Shown here one piece after another: positions 20,770 to 29,145 of a stretch of 64,000 nucleotides of DNA (position 1 is the stretch's first letter; every line of letters begins with the position of its first letter). A program made the position numbers and the translations under genes. The notes under the pieces were generated by a model. It did not search any database and had not been told where the DNA came from. It worked only from the letters and a program-made list of their open reading frames with translations. The DNA is from an uncultured Acidobacteriota bacterium (GTDB taxonomy: Bacteria > Acidobacteriota > Vicinamibacteria > Fen-336): assembly GCA_963729875.1 (NCBI GenBank), contig CAVSPR010000010.1, positions 77,704 through 141,703 on the forward strand, in the 5' to 3' direction.

Positions 20770-23370
20770 TCACTTCTCGGCGAGCAGGTCCCTGAGGACC
20801 GGTCGCCCGCCGAGCGAGGTCCGGAAGCCCCAGCCGGCCACGGCGAGGCATGCGCCTACGGCGAGGAAGGTCACGTAGGCGTACCACGCGGAGAGGTCGT
20901 CTGTCAGCGGGAAACTGCTGAGCAGGTCGGTCGTGACGGTGGCGGTCAGGATCGTGACCCAGCCGAAGCGGAAGAAGAAGACGTGCCAGAGCGTGATCCA
21001 GGAGACGATCGGCACGAACCCGAAGCTGGAGGAGTAGAGGAGGACGTACCCCGTCCAGTGCGCAGCGATCGCGAGCCCGGTCCGGCGCAGGAGGAAGCGC
21101 AGGAGCAGGAGCGCGACGAAGAGGAAGAGGATGTGCGTCGTGAGGTTGACGACGACCGCGAGCATCTCCGCGACGGCCTCCCGGACGCCGCCCAGGGCGA
21201 GCAGGGTGGCGGGATGAGGCGGCAGGTCGGGGCGGGGGGGGATGCCGCCTCGCCAGACGGTGAAGAGACGGAAGGTCATTCCCAGGACGGCGTACCCGCC
21301 TCCCCAGAGGCAGCCGATCAGCACGTCCCGTCCGAGCTGGGGGTCGCGCAGCCGCCCGTCCAGCAGGCGCACCCAGGAGATCATCGTCCGGGGCCACAGC
21401 CGGCGGGCGTAGGGCTCGAGGACGATGTAGAAGAGCCAGCCGAGGCCGAAGGCGAAGAAGGCCCGGTAGAGACCGCCGAAGACGAGCTCGAACTCGGAGC
21501 GCTCGGGTACGTGGTGCGTGGCGAGGAGCCACTGGAGCATCACCAGGACGAAGAGGACCGAGGCGAGGCGGAAGGCGAACCGGCGGTCGCCTCGCCCCGT
21601 GCGGAGGTTGCGGCGGGCGAGGAGGCCGAGGCCTAGCAGCAGGGAGAAGTGGAAGCCGATGTGGGCCACGCGGAGCCAGTTGGCCGAGACCACGTCCCAC
21701 GAGCGGACCCAGCCCGGTCGATCGGTGCCGGTCGGGGTCCACGGCTCGACGATGCGGAAGGCGACCGGTCTCCCTCGGAACGCGGCGGCCTCGACGCGGA
21801 TCGGGACCTCGGGGGCGTCGGGGTAGCGCCCCTCCCAGGCCGCCCGGCGATCCGCGAAGGCCGGGGGCAGCCACCGTGGCTCGACGGCGGTGAAGCGCGC
21901 GGGGTCGAGCTTCGCCTGGGCGAAAAGGCCGTTCCAGTCAGGCTCCCCTCTCGCTCCGCCGGCCTCGTCCGTCTCCGCGGGAACGGCCTCCAGCCGGCGC
22001 AGCCGGCCGCGGGTGTCGAGCTGCACGCTCACCATGCCGGGGATGGAGACCGGCGGGTCGAGCTCGGTCGGGAAGAACTCGGTCGTCCGGTGGGGCACGA
22101 GGTAGGTCGGGCTCTCGCGGTACCAGAAGCGCACGACGCTCGGCTCGCCGCGCGCCAGGAGCTTCCACCAGTCGGGTGAGCGCGGTCCGGCCACGAGATG
22201 GTCGACGTAGCCGCTGTCCCGCAGGAAGCCGCGGGTGCGGTCGCTCCGGAGCGCCGGGTAGCCGAGGGCTTCGAGGATGGCGCGCGCGTCCGCGGCGAGC
22301 ACTTCAGGGGACTTGGGGAGCGGGACGATGCTCGTCAGCCGGGTCCGGCCCGCCGACCAGACGGCCCCGACGAGGGCCAGAACCACCCCGGCGAGGCACA
22401 TCCACGCGGCCGCGGGCGAGAGCGCGGCGAAGTCCCCCGCCTCTGCGACGATCTCGGGAGCGGGCGTCTCCCCGCGGGCGACCGCGAGCGTGAGCAGGTC
22501 GCTGCCGGGGAAGGCGGCGCGCACGGCGAGGGCCGAGGCCGGGCGCCGGGCCGGGTCCTCCTCCAGACAGCGCAGGATGATCCGGTCCACCGCCGGGTCC
22601 AGGCCCTCGACGAGGCTCGACGGCGGCGGGGGCGGCTCCGCCAGGCCCGGCTGCGGGAAGGCGCGCCGGCCCGTGAACAGCTCGTACAGCACGAGACCGA
22701 GGCTGTAGATGTCGCTGCGCTCCGTCACCTCCCGGCCGGCCCGCTGCTCGGGGGCCATGTAGGCCGGCGTCCCGCTCTGGATCTCCCCGGCCCCGATCGT
22801 CCCCGCCACCGCCGCGAGGCCGAAGTCCATGATGCGGGCGTGGCCCCGCTCGTCGAGCATCACGTTTGCGGGCTTCAGGTCGCGATGGAGGACGCTCTTC
22901 TCGTGGGCCGCGGCGAGGCCCGAGGCCAGCTGGCGGGCGATCTGGGCCGCCTTGTCGGCGGGGAGTCGCCCGATGCGCTGCAGGAGCGAGCGCAGGTCCT
23001 CCCCGCGGATGTACTCCATCGAGAGGAAGCACAGGCCGTCCGTCTCGGTGATGTCGTAGACGCGGCAGACGTTCGGGTGGGAGACCTGGCGCGAGATCCG
23101 CACCTCGCTCTTCAGCCCCGCGAGGCGCTCCGGGTCCCGGGCCACCCGCTCCGGCAGCAGCTTGAGGGCGACCGGCTGGTCGAGGCTGAGGTCGTCCGCG
23201 TGGTAGACCTCGCCCATGCCGCCCTTGCCCACGCACTCGACGATGCGGTAGCGCTTCGCGAGGACGTCGCCGGGACCGTAGCGGCCGGCGTCCGGGCGGC
23301 GAGAGGCCGAAGAGCCGAGCCCGTCCCGCAAGTGAGTGCAGGCCGTCGCCGTCGGGGGCGAGAGACTCAT
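20770..23370 (-). CDS. Ser/Thr protein kinase with a large C-terminal polytopic membrane domain
   Basis: Start ATG is complementary to 23368-23370 (MSLSPPTATACTHL..). Kinase motifs: VGKGGMGEVYHA, ALKLL, HRDLKPANVML, DFGLA, GTPAYMAPEQ. The C-terminal about 350 aa contain multiple hydrophobic helices. Confidence 0.85.
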   Translation of the reverse strand: MSLSPPTATACTHLRDGLGSSASRRPDAGRYGPGDVLAKRYRIVECVGKGGMGEVYHADDLSLDQPVALKLLPERVARDPERLAGLKSEVRISRQVSHPNVCRVYDITETDGLCFLSMEYIRGEDLRSLLQRIGRLPADKAAQIARQLASGLAAAHEKSVLHRDLKPANVMLDERGHARIMDFGLAAVAGTIGAGEIQSGTPAYMAPEQRAGREVTERSDIYSLGLVLYELFTGRRAFPQPGLAEPPPPPSSLVEGLDPAVDRIILRCLEEDPARRPASALAVRAAFPGSDLLTLAVARGETPAPEIVAEAGDFAALSPAAAWMCLAGVVLALVGAVWSAGRTRLTSIVPLPKSPEVLAADARAILEALGYPALRSDRTRGFLRDSGYVDHLVAGPRSPDWWKLLARGEPSVVRFWYRESPTYLVPHRTTEFFPTELDPPVSIPGMVSVQLDTRGRLRRLEAVPAETDEAGGARGEPDWNGLFAQAKLDPARFTAVEPRWLPPAFADRRAAWEGRYPDAPEVPIRVEAAAFRGRPVAFRIVEPWTPTGTDRPGWVRSWDVVSANWLRVAHIGFHFSLLLGLGLLARRNLRTGRGDRRFAFRLASVLFVLVMLQWLLATHHVPERSEFELVFGGLYRAFFAFGLGWLFYIVLEPYARRLWPRTMISWVRLLDGRLRDPQLGRDVLIGCLWGGGYAVLGMTFRLFTVWRGGIPPRPDLPPHPATLLALGGVREAVAEMLAVVVNLTTHILFLFVALLLLRFLLRRTGLAIAAHWTGYVLLYSSSFGFVPIVSWITLWHVFFFRFGWVTILTATVTTDLLSSFPLTDDLSAWYAYVTFLAVGACLAVAGWGFRTSLGGRPVLRDLLAEK

Positions 23371-23424
23371 GCGGCACCCACCTCGTCCCGCTCCCCGCGC
23401 GAGACCGAGGCGATTGTACGCTCG
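23218..23424. repeat. Direct repeat copy A: 5' coding end plus upstream region of the kinase gene
   Basis: Near-identical to 24243-24414 except for a few substitutions and a 45-bp in-frame segment (23275-23319) present only in copy A. Confidence 0.85.
23413..23418 (-). promoter_or_regulatory. Candidate -10 element TACAAT upstream of the kinase gene
   Basis: ATTGTA on the + strand reads TACAAT on the - strand, about 43 nt upstream of ATG 23370. The same hexamer context recurs at 23924-23929 and 24393-24398. Confidence 0.3.
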
Positions 23425-23467
23425 TGAGTCCGGCCAGGGGGCCGGCGCCGCAGCGGGTCGCCTGGCG

Positions 23468-23692
23468 TCACAGAAGCGCGCGTAGCGCTTCTGTCGAGAG
23501 ATCGCAGTCGCGGAGGATCTTCGCCGTGATCCCGGGGCCCAGCGTCTCTCCCGCATGCGCCGGTACCACGGTGGACCGACCATCCGCATGGCGGAGGTAG
23601 TGGTGGCTGCCCTTCACTCGAACGACGGCGAATCCGGCAGCGCCAAGAGCCGTGATCAGGTCCGCACCGGTCAGGCGCGGCAAGCGCGTCAC
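23468..23692 (-). CDS. hicA: HicA-family mRNA interferase toxin (YcfA/HicA)
   Basis: 74 aa: ..LITALGAAGFAVVRVKGSHHYLRHADGRSTVVPAHAGETLGPGITAKILRD. The GTG start overlaps the hicB stop (GTGA). Confidence 0.85.
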   Translation of the reverse strand: MTRLPRLTGADLITALGAAGFAVVRVKGSHHYLRHADGRSTVVPAHAGETLGPGITAKILRDCDLSTEALRALL

Positions 23693-23904
23693 GACGCCAA
23701 CCGGACCCGCTGCACTCCGACGAAGTCCAGCTTCTCGCTGGTGTCTCCCTGGACTTCGACGCAGAGCTGGATGGCCTCCTTGATGCGTTCCATGAGCTCA
23801 TCGAGGGATCGAGCCTGCGTGTGGCAACCCGGCAGGGTCGGCACGGATGCGACGTAGAAGCCTTCCCCGTCCCTCTCAACGACGACGTCGAACTCTCGGC
23901 CCAT
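23689..23904 (-). CDS. hicB: HicB-family antitoxin (short, UPF0150/HicB fold)
   Basis: 71 aa from the ATG complementary to 23902-23904: MGREFDVVVERDGEGFYVASVPTLPGCHTQARSLDELMERIKEAIQLCVE. The antitoxin gene lies upstream of the toxin gene. Confidence 0.8.
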   Translation of the reverse strand: MGREFDVVVERDGEGFYVASVPTLPGCHTQARSLDELMERIKEAIQLCVEVQGDTSEKLDFVGVQRVRLAS

Positions 23905-23923
23905 CAGTCCACCACCTGGCCGT

Positions 23924-23929
23924 ATTGTA
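23924..23929 (-). promoter_or_regulatory. Candidate -10 element TACAAT for hicBA
   Basis: ATTGTA on the + strand, 20-25 nt upstream of the hicB ATG. Confidence 0.3.
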
Positions 23930-24044
23930 CGAGTGAACTCCCCTTCACGCGCGGGCGTACTTCGAGGGGCTGAGCAGCATCGTCTTCTTCGAACCGCCCG
24001 CTCCAGGCCGGGCTCTCCCACCGGCACGTCGGTTGGTGTGGAGA

Positions 24045-24350
24045 TCACGTGTCGGCGATGGGGCGATCGCGGTACGCATCCCCAAGCACGCCCGCCGCGG
24101 GTCGGGCTGCGGGCCCGGCGGCTGGAGGCACAAAAGGCCTGGCGAAGTAGCGAAGCCAGACGAAGGCAATCCAGCCGGACACCGGATGAATCCCGAGCCA
24201 CATCCAGTGCGGTGACCGGCCCTTGGCCTTGGCCGCGCGGAGGCCGCCTTTGCCCACGCACTCGACGATGCGGTAGCGCCTCGCGAGAACGTCGCCGGGC
24301 CCGTCCCGCAAGTGAGTGCAGGCCGTCGCCGTCGGGGGCGAGAGACTCAT
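24045..24350 (-). pseudogene. Truncated kinase N-terminal fragment (first about 35 codons of a kinase paralogue fused to unrelated sequence)
   Basis: MSLSPPTATACTHLRDGPGDVLARRYRIVECVGKGG matches the 20770-23370 kinase N-terminus minus 15 aa. It then diverges (LRAAKAKGRSPHWMWLGIHPVSGWIAF..) and contains no kinase catalytic motifs. Confidence 0.7.
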
Positions 24351-24414
24351 GCGGCGCCCACCTCGTCCCGCTCCCCGCGCGAGACCGAGGCGATTGTACG
24401 CTCGGGGGTCTAGC
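24243..24414. repeat. Direct repeat copy B of the kinase 5' end and upstream region
   Basis: See 23218-23424. The shared string ..CCCGTCCCGCAAGTGAGTGCAGGCCGTCGCCGTCGGGGGCGAGAGACTCATGCGGC.CCCACCTCGTCCCGCTCCCCGCGCGAGACCGAGGCGATTGTACGCTCG is present in both copies. Confidence 0.85.
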
Positions 24415-26674
24415 CCGGGTGGGACGGGGCGGCGGTGCGGTCCTGGGGTCCCGAGCCGACCGCGAACTCGTCGCGCGGGAAGAGGTCCCGGTTCAGCGGG
24501 ATGTCGGCCGGCGGGTCGGCCGGCACGAGCCTCATCACGCGCTGGTGCACCAGCTCCGTGTGCGCCCGGCCCAGGTAGTCCGCCGACGCCTCGAGCCGGC
24601 GCCGCCAGGTGCCTGGCTCGATCGGCAGCGGCTCCCGGCTGCCCACGAGGATGCCCCCGTCCGCGACCTCGAGGACGTGGGGGAACACGCGAAGAAACGT
24701 CGCGTGCACGCGCGGCGTGGGCGCCCAGGTGCAGGCGATGCCGCCGGGCCGGAGCCGTCGCGCGACGAGCTCGAAGAACTCGAGGGAATAGAGGTTGCCG
24801 CTGTAGGCCGCCTGGGGCCAGATCGCGTCGGCCTCGATGAGGTCGTAGGTCTCCGGCTCGGACTGCAGGACCTGGCGGCCGTCGGCGATGCGCATCGTCA
24901 CCCGGGGGTCGTCGAGGAACCGCGTGAGGGCGGGAAACGACGCGAACGGCAGGAGCCGGCGCAGGATCCTCGGCTGCGGGCTCGACAGCTCGATGACCGT
25001 GACGGACTCCGTCTCGCTCCGGCACCCGGCCGCCCACGCGGTGTCGCCGGAGCCGAGGCCCACGATCGCCACCCGCCGGGGGGCGGGGTGGACGATCGCC
25101 GGCACCGCGCCGAGCGCCGTGTGGGCGCCGCCGAAGGGGAACCAGCTGTTGCCCTTGCCGTTGATCGAAAGGCGGAAGCGCCAGCGCGCGTCTTTCGGCT
25201 CCTCGGTGATCGCGACGACGCCGGTGGCGTCCTCGTCGAAGAGCGCCCGGGCGTCCGTCGGCAGGCCGTGGAGGCGCCGCCACAGCGCCTCCCCGTCGGG
25301 GAGGGCCGCGGCGAGGGCGACGACCGCGAGGAGCGGCGCCGCGAAAACGCGGCCGTACCGCCGCCAGCCGAGAGCGGCGAAGACGACGCCGGCGAGGACG
25401 AGGAGGCGCAGGGTGCCCGCGGTCCCGATCGCCTGCACGGCCAGCAGGCCCACGAGGAGGCTCCCCGCCACGCAGCCCGCGATGTTGGCCGCCTGGAGGA
25501 GGCCGACCTTGCGGCCGGTGTCGCGGACGTCGTCGTGCACGGCCCGCTGCAGCACCGGGAAGGAGAAGCCCATGAGCACCGTGGGCAGGCCGAAGAGGAG
25601 GAGCGGCAGTTGAACGTAGAGCCGCAGCAGCGCGGCGGCGTCGTGCGCCTGGCCCAGGTCGAAGAAGTTGTACCCTCGCCAGTACGCCCGGTAGAAGGAC
25701 TCGTTCGGCATGCCGTGGGCCAGCATGAGCATGCCGCCGGCCGTGACGACGAGCATCGCGCACTGGGCGAGGAGGAAGACGCGCAGCGGCCGGCGGACGC
25801 GCTCGACGAGCGCCGTGGCGACGAGGCAGCCCGCGGCCGCGCCGAGCAGGTAGACGGCCAGGACCGTGCCGAACGTGAACGCGGTGGACTTCACGGCCAC
25901 GTCCAGGATCCGGAACCACGTGATCTCGAGCGAGAGGGCGACGAAGCCGGAGAAGGCGTAGAGGCCGAGCCAGAACCGGAAAGGCTGGCTGCCGGGGGGC
26001 TCGGCCGCCGCGAGCGCGGGGACCTCCTCCTCCGGCGCGGCCGGGACGTCGTCCCGGACCCTCCGCAGGAGGGCCAGCCCCCCGAGGCCCACCATCGTGC
26101 TCGTGACGCCCGCGGCGACGAGCGCCCCCCGGATGCCGAGGTGCGGCACGAGGAGCCACGGCGTCGCGAGCGCCCCCAGGCCCGCCCCCGCCATGTTCAG
26201 CGCGTACAGCAGTCCGATGGAGTGGCTCGCCTCCCGCACCCCCGGGACGACCGCCCGCGTCAGCAGGGGCAGCGATATCCCCATCAGGAGGGTCGGCGGG
26301 CCGAGCGCCGCAAAGTGCACGAGGCCGGCGGGCCACGAGGGGACGGGCAGGTGCGAGGCGATGGGGTACAGCCAGTCGTAGTAGACCCAGGGGCTCGCGA
26401 TGCCGAAGGCGCCGATCGCGGTCTCCACGAGCGCGAAGCGAGAGAGCGCGGCCCTCCGGCCGAGGCGCGCGCTCCACAGGCCCCCGAGGTGGCTTCCGGC
26501 GCCGAGGCCGGCCATGAACGCCGCGACGATCACCGCGATCGAGTAGAGTCCCACCCCCGTGTAGAGGGCGAGGATGCGCTGCCAGGCCACCTGGTAGACG
26601 AGGGCCGCGACCCCGCTGAAGAGGTAGAGGGCGGCGGTCAGCCGGAGGGTCACCGTCTGGCGAGGTGTCGTCAT
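24410..26674 (-). CDS. Fused polytopic membrane (MFS-like) / spermidine-synthase-like class I methyltransferase-fold protein
   Basis: Intact 754-aa ORF. The N-terminal roughly 480 aa are TM-rich (LYLFSGVAALVYQVAWQRIL..). The C-terminal domain carries VAIVGLGSGDTAW...YDLIEADAIWP..SGNLYSLEFFELVARRLRPGGI. Confidence 0.8.
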   Translation of the reverse strand: MTTPRQTVTLRLTAALYLFSGVAALVYQVAWQRILALYTGVGLYSIAVIVAAFMAGLGAGSHLGGLWSARLGRRAALSRFALVETAIGAFGIASPWVYYDWLYPIASHLPVPSWPAGLVHFAALGPPTLLMGISLPLLTRAVVPGVREASHSIGLLYALNMAGAGLGALATPWLLVPHLGIRGALVAAGVTSTMVGLGGLALLRRVRDDVPAAPEEEVPALAAAEPPGSQPFRFWLGLYAFSGFVALSLEITWFRILDVAVKSTAFTFGTVLAVYLLGAAAGCLVATALVERVRRPLRVFLLAQCAMLVVTAGGMLMLAHGMPNESFYRAYWRGYNFFDLGQAHDAAALLRLYVQLPLLLFGLPTVLMGFSFPVLQRAVHDDVRDTGRKVGLLQAANIAGCVAGSLLVGLLAVQAIGTAGTLRLLVLAGVVFAALGWRRYGRVFAAPLLAVVALAAALPDGEALWRRLHGLPTDARALFDEDATGVVAITEEPKDARWRFRLSINGKGNSWFPFGGAHTALGAVPAIVHPAPRRVAIVGLGSGDTAWAAGCRSETESVTVIELSSPQPRILRRLLPFASFPALTRFLDDPRVTMRIADGRQVLQSEPETYDLIEADAIWPQAAYSGNLYSLEFFELVARRLRPGGIACTWAPTPRVHATFLRVFPHVLEVADGGILVGSREPLPIEPGTWRRRLEASADYLGRAHTELVHQRVMRLVPADPPADIPLNRDLFPRDEFAVGSGPQDRTAAPSHPG

Positions 26675-26854
26675 CGGCGGGCCCCAATCTGGCCCGGCCC
26701 GAGGCGGGAACGCAAGCGCCCTCGAAGGTACGTTCAGTGTGGATGAACAGCAGCGACGGGCTCGAGCCGTTCTTCACCGGCGGCCCGTTGGGGTAGGCTC
26801 TCGTGCTGGGCTCTTCGGTCGCGCTGGAGCGCCGGCCCGCACGAGAGGAATTCC

Positions 26855-28294
26855 GTGACCCCGAACCAGACTTCGACGCTCACCCGCCGTCGTTTCGTGA
26901 CCACCACGGCCGCCGCCGCCGCCGGGGTGACGATCCTCCCCCGCCACGTCCTCGGTGGTCCGGGCTTCGTGGCCCCGAGCGACAAGGTGAACGTCGCCAT
27001 CGTCGGCGTCGGCGGGCAGGGGCGCACCAACGTCCGCGCCCTCTTCTACGAGGAGGACTGCCAGATCATCGCCATCGCCGACCCGTGCGAGGAGTGGGAC
27101 CTCTCCCCCTTCTACTACGAGGGGAAGGCCGGCCGGGGACCGGTCCGGGCCGAGATCGAGCAGCACTACCGCGCCAGGACCCCCAGCTACGCCTGCGCGG
27201 TCTACGAGGACTTCCGGGTGATGCTGGACAAGGAGAAGGCGATCGACGCCGTCCTCATCGCCACCCCGGACCACTCCCATGCCTACATCTCCATCCTCGC
27301 CATGAAGGCCGGCAAGCACGTCTACTGCGAGAAGCCTCTCACTCGCGACATCTGGGAGGCCCGCACGGTGGCGAGGATCGCGAAGGAGACGGGCGTCGCC
27401 ACCCAGATGGGCAACCACGGCCGCTCCTCGGAGGGGCACCGGCAGACCGCCGAGTGGATCTGGGACGGCGCGATCGGCGCCGTGCGCGAGGTGCACTCCT
27501 GGGGTGGGTCGGACCCCTTCGCGACGGGGCGGGGGCGCCCCGCGGACACCCCGGACGTGCCGGCCGGGCTCAACTGGGACCTCTGGCTCGGGCCGGCCGA
27601 GTGGCGCCCTTACCACCCGGCCTACGCGCCGTTCGGCTGGCGCGGGTACTGGGCCTTCGGGGGTGGGTCGCTGCCGGACCTCGCGGTGCACCACCTCGAC
27701 CCGGCGTTTGCCGCCCTCTTCCTCGACACGCCCGAGACCGTCGAGGCCACGGCCGCCGGCGGGGTGGACGCGGAGGTCGTCGCGTTCGGAGAGCTCGTGA
27801 CCTGGCGGTTCGGCGAGCGCTCGACCGAGCACGGCACGATGGGCCCCGTGACCGTCCACTGGTACGACGGCGGCCTGCGACCGCCGACACCGCCGGGCGT
27901 CGACCTCGAGGACCCGCGGCAGCGCCTGGGCGAGGGCGGCAGCGGCGTCACCTTCATCGGCGAGAAGGGGATCATCACGTGCGGGGGGTGGTCGGGCATG
28001 CCCCGCCTGCTTCCCTGGGAGCGACACCGCGAGTACAAGCGCCCGCCGAAGACCCTCCCCCGGGTGGAGGGGCACCACGCCGACTGGCTCCAGGCCTGCA
28101 AGGGCGGGAAGCCCGCGAGCGGCAGCTTCGAGTACGGCGCGCGGCTCGTCGAGTTCATCATGCTCGGCAACGTCGCGCTGCGCGCGCAGAAGCAGATCCG
28201 GTGGGACGGCCCGGGCCTGAAGGCCACGAACGCGCCCGAGGCCGACGCCTACCTGAAGGGCCCCTACCGCGCGGGCTGGGAGCTTCCCGTCTGA
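26855..28294 (+). CDS. Gfo/Idh/MocA-family NAD(P)-dependent oxidoreductase with a twin-arginine signal
   Basis: GTG start with GAGAGGA RBS. Tat motif TRRRFVTTTAAAAAG. Rossmann segment VNVAIVGVGGQGRTN. EKP motif in HVYCEKPLT. Confidence 0.85.
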   Translation: MTPNQTSTLTRRRFVTTTAAAAAGVTILPRHVLGGPGFVAPSDKVNVAIVGVGGQGRTNVRALFYEEDCQIIAIADPCEEWDLSPFYYEGKAGRGPVRAEIEQHYRARTPSYACAVYEDFRVMLDKEKAIDAVLIATPDHSHAYISILAMKAGKHVYCEKPLTRDIWEARTVARIAKETGVATQMGNHGRSSEGHRQTAEWIWDGAIGAVREVHSWGGSDPFATGRGRPADTPDVPAGLNWDLWLGPAEWRPYHPAYAPFGWRGYWAFGGGSLPDLAVHHLDPAFAALFLDTPETVEATAAGGVDAEVVAFGELVTWRFGERSTEHGTMGPVTVHWYDGGLRPPTPPGVDLEDPRQRLGEGGSGVTFIGEKGIITCGGWSGMPRLLPWERHREYKRPPKTLPRVEGHHADWLQACKGGKPASGSFEYGARLVEFIMLGNVALRAQKQIRWDGPGLKATNAPEADAYLKGPYRAGWELPV

Positions 28295-28302
28295 TCGCGG
28301 GG

Positions 28303-29133
28303 ATGCACGACCTCGACGAGCTGGCCCGCCTGAGCCCCCGTCCGGACATCCGCCTGATCGCGACCGACATGGACGGCACGCTCGTGGACGACCAGAAGCG
28401 GATCCACGACGAGCTGTGGCCGCTCGTCGACGAGCTGCACGCCCGCGGCATCACCTTCTGCCCGGCCAGCGGCCGCCAGTACTACAACCTGCGGCAGCAG
28501 TTCGAGGACGTGGCCGACGAGCTGGTGTTCGTCGCCGAGAACGGCACGTACGTGGTCGCCCGGGACCGGGAGCTCTCCTCGGACTGCCTGGACCCCGGCG
28601 TGGCGCGGGCCGTGGTGAGCCGGGTGCGGGGGATGAAGGACGCGGGCGCCGTGCTCTGCGGCAAGCGCTCCGCCTACATCGAGCGGACCGACCCGCCCTT
28701 CGTCGACCAGGGCACGGCCTACTACGCGAGGCTGCAGGTCGTCCCCGACCTGCTCGAGGTCGAGGGCGACGAGGTGCTGAAGGTCGCCGTCTACGACTTC
28801 GTCTCCGCCGAGCACGGTGCTCTCCCGCGGCTCGCCGAATTCCGCGCCACGCACCAGGTCGCAGTGTCCGGGCTCCACTGGGTCGACGTCATGAGCCCCA
28901 CCGCGAACAAGGGGCGGGCGCTCCGGCGCCTGCAGGAGAGGCTCGGCGTCACGCGGGACCAGACGATGGCCTTCGGGGACTTCCTCAACGACCTGGAGAT
29001 GATGGACACGGCCACCTACTCGTTCGCGATGGCGAACGCCCACCCGCTCCTCAAGGAGCGCGCGAGCTGGATAGCGCCCGCGAACAACGCGAACGGGGTG
29101 GTGAGGACGATCCGCACCGTGCTCGGGCTCTGA
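28303..29133 (+). CDS. Cof-type HAD-IIB family hydrolase (sugar-phosphatase-like)
   Basis: ATG at 28303. Motifs: LIATDMDGTLVD (motif I), CPASGRQY (motif II), FGDFLNDLEMM (motif IV). Confidence 0.85.
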   Translation: MHDLDELARLSPRPDIRLIATDMDGTLVDDQKRIHDELWPLVDELHARGITFCPASGRQYYNLRQQFEDVADELVFVAENGTYVVARDRELSSDCLDPGVARAVVSRVRGMKDAGAVLCGKRSAYIERTDPPFVDQGTAYYARLQVVPDLLEVEGDEVLKVAVYDFVSAEHGALPRLAEFRATHQVAVSGLHWVDVMSPTANKGRALRRLQERLGVTRDQTMAFGDFLNDLEMMDTATYSFAMANAHPLLKERASWIAPANNANGVVRTIRTVLGL

Positions 29134-29145
29134 CCCGAGGGGCGC

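Noticed and set aside
23371-24414. Mobile element (IS or integron) carrying hicBA
   Set aside because: There is no transposase, integrase, inverted terminal repeat or attC-like site. Only the direct gene-fragment repeat is seen, so it is reported as a repeat-flanked cassette and not called a mobile element.
23933-26777. 937-aa plus-strand ORF and 910-aa minus-strand alternative-frame ORF over the fused MFS/spermidine-synthase gene
   Set aside because: Only the 24410-26674 minus frame gives TM helices and a methyltransferase fold. The others are Arg/Pro-rich. The extreme 3' end of the 24045-26777 frame is kept only as the truncated kinase fragment.
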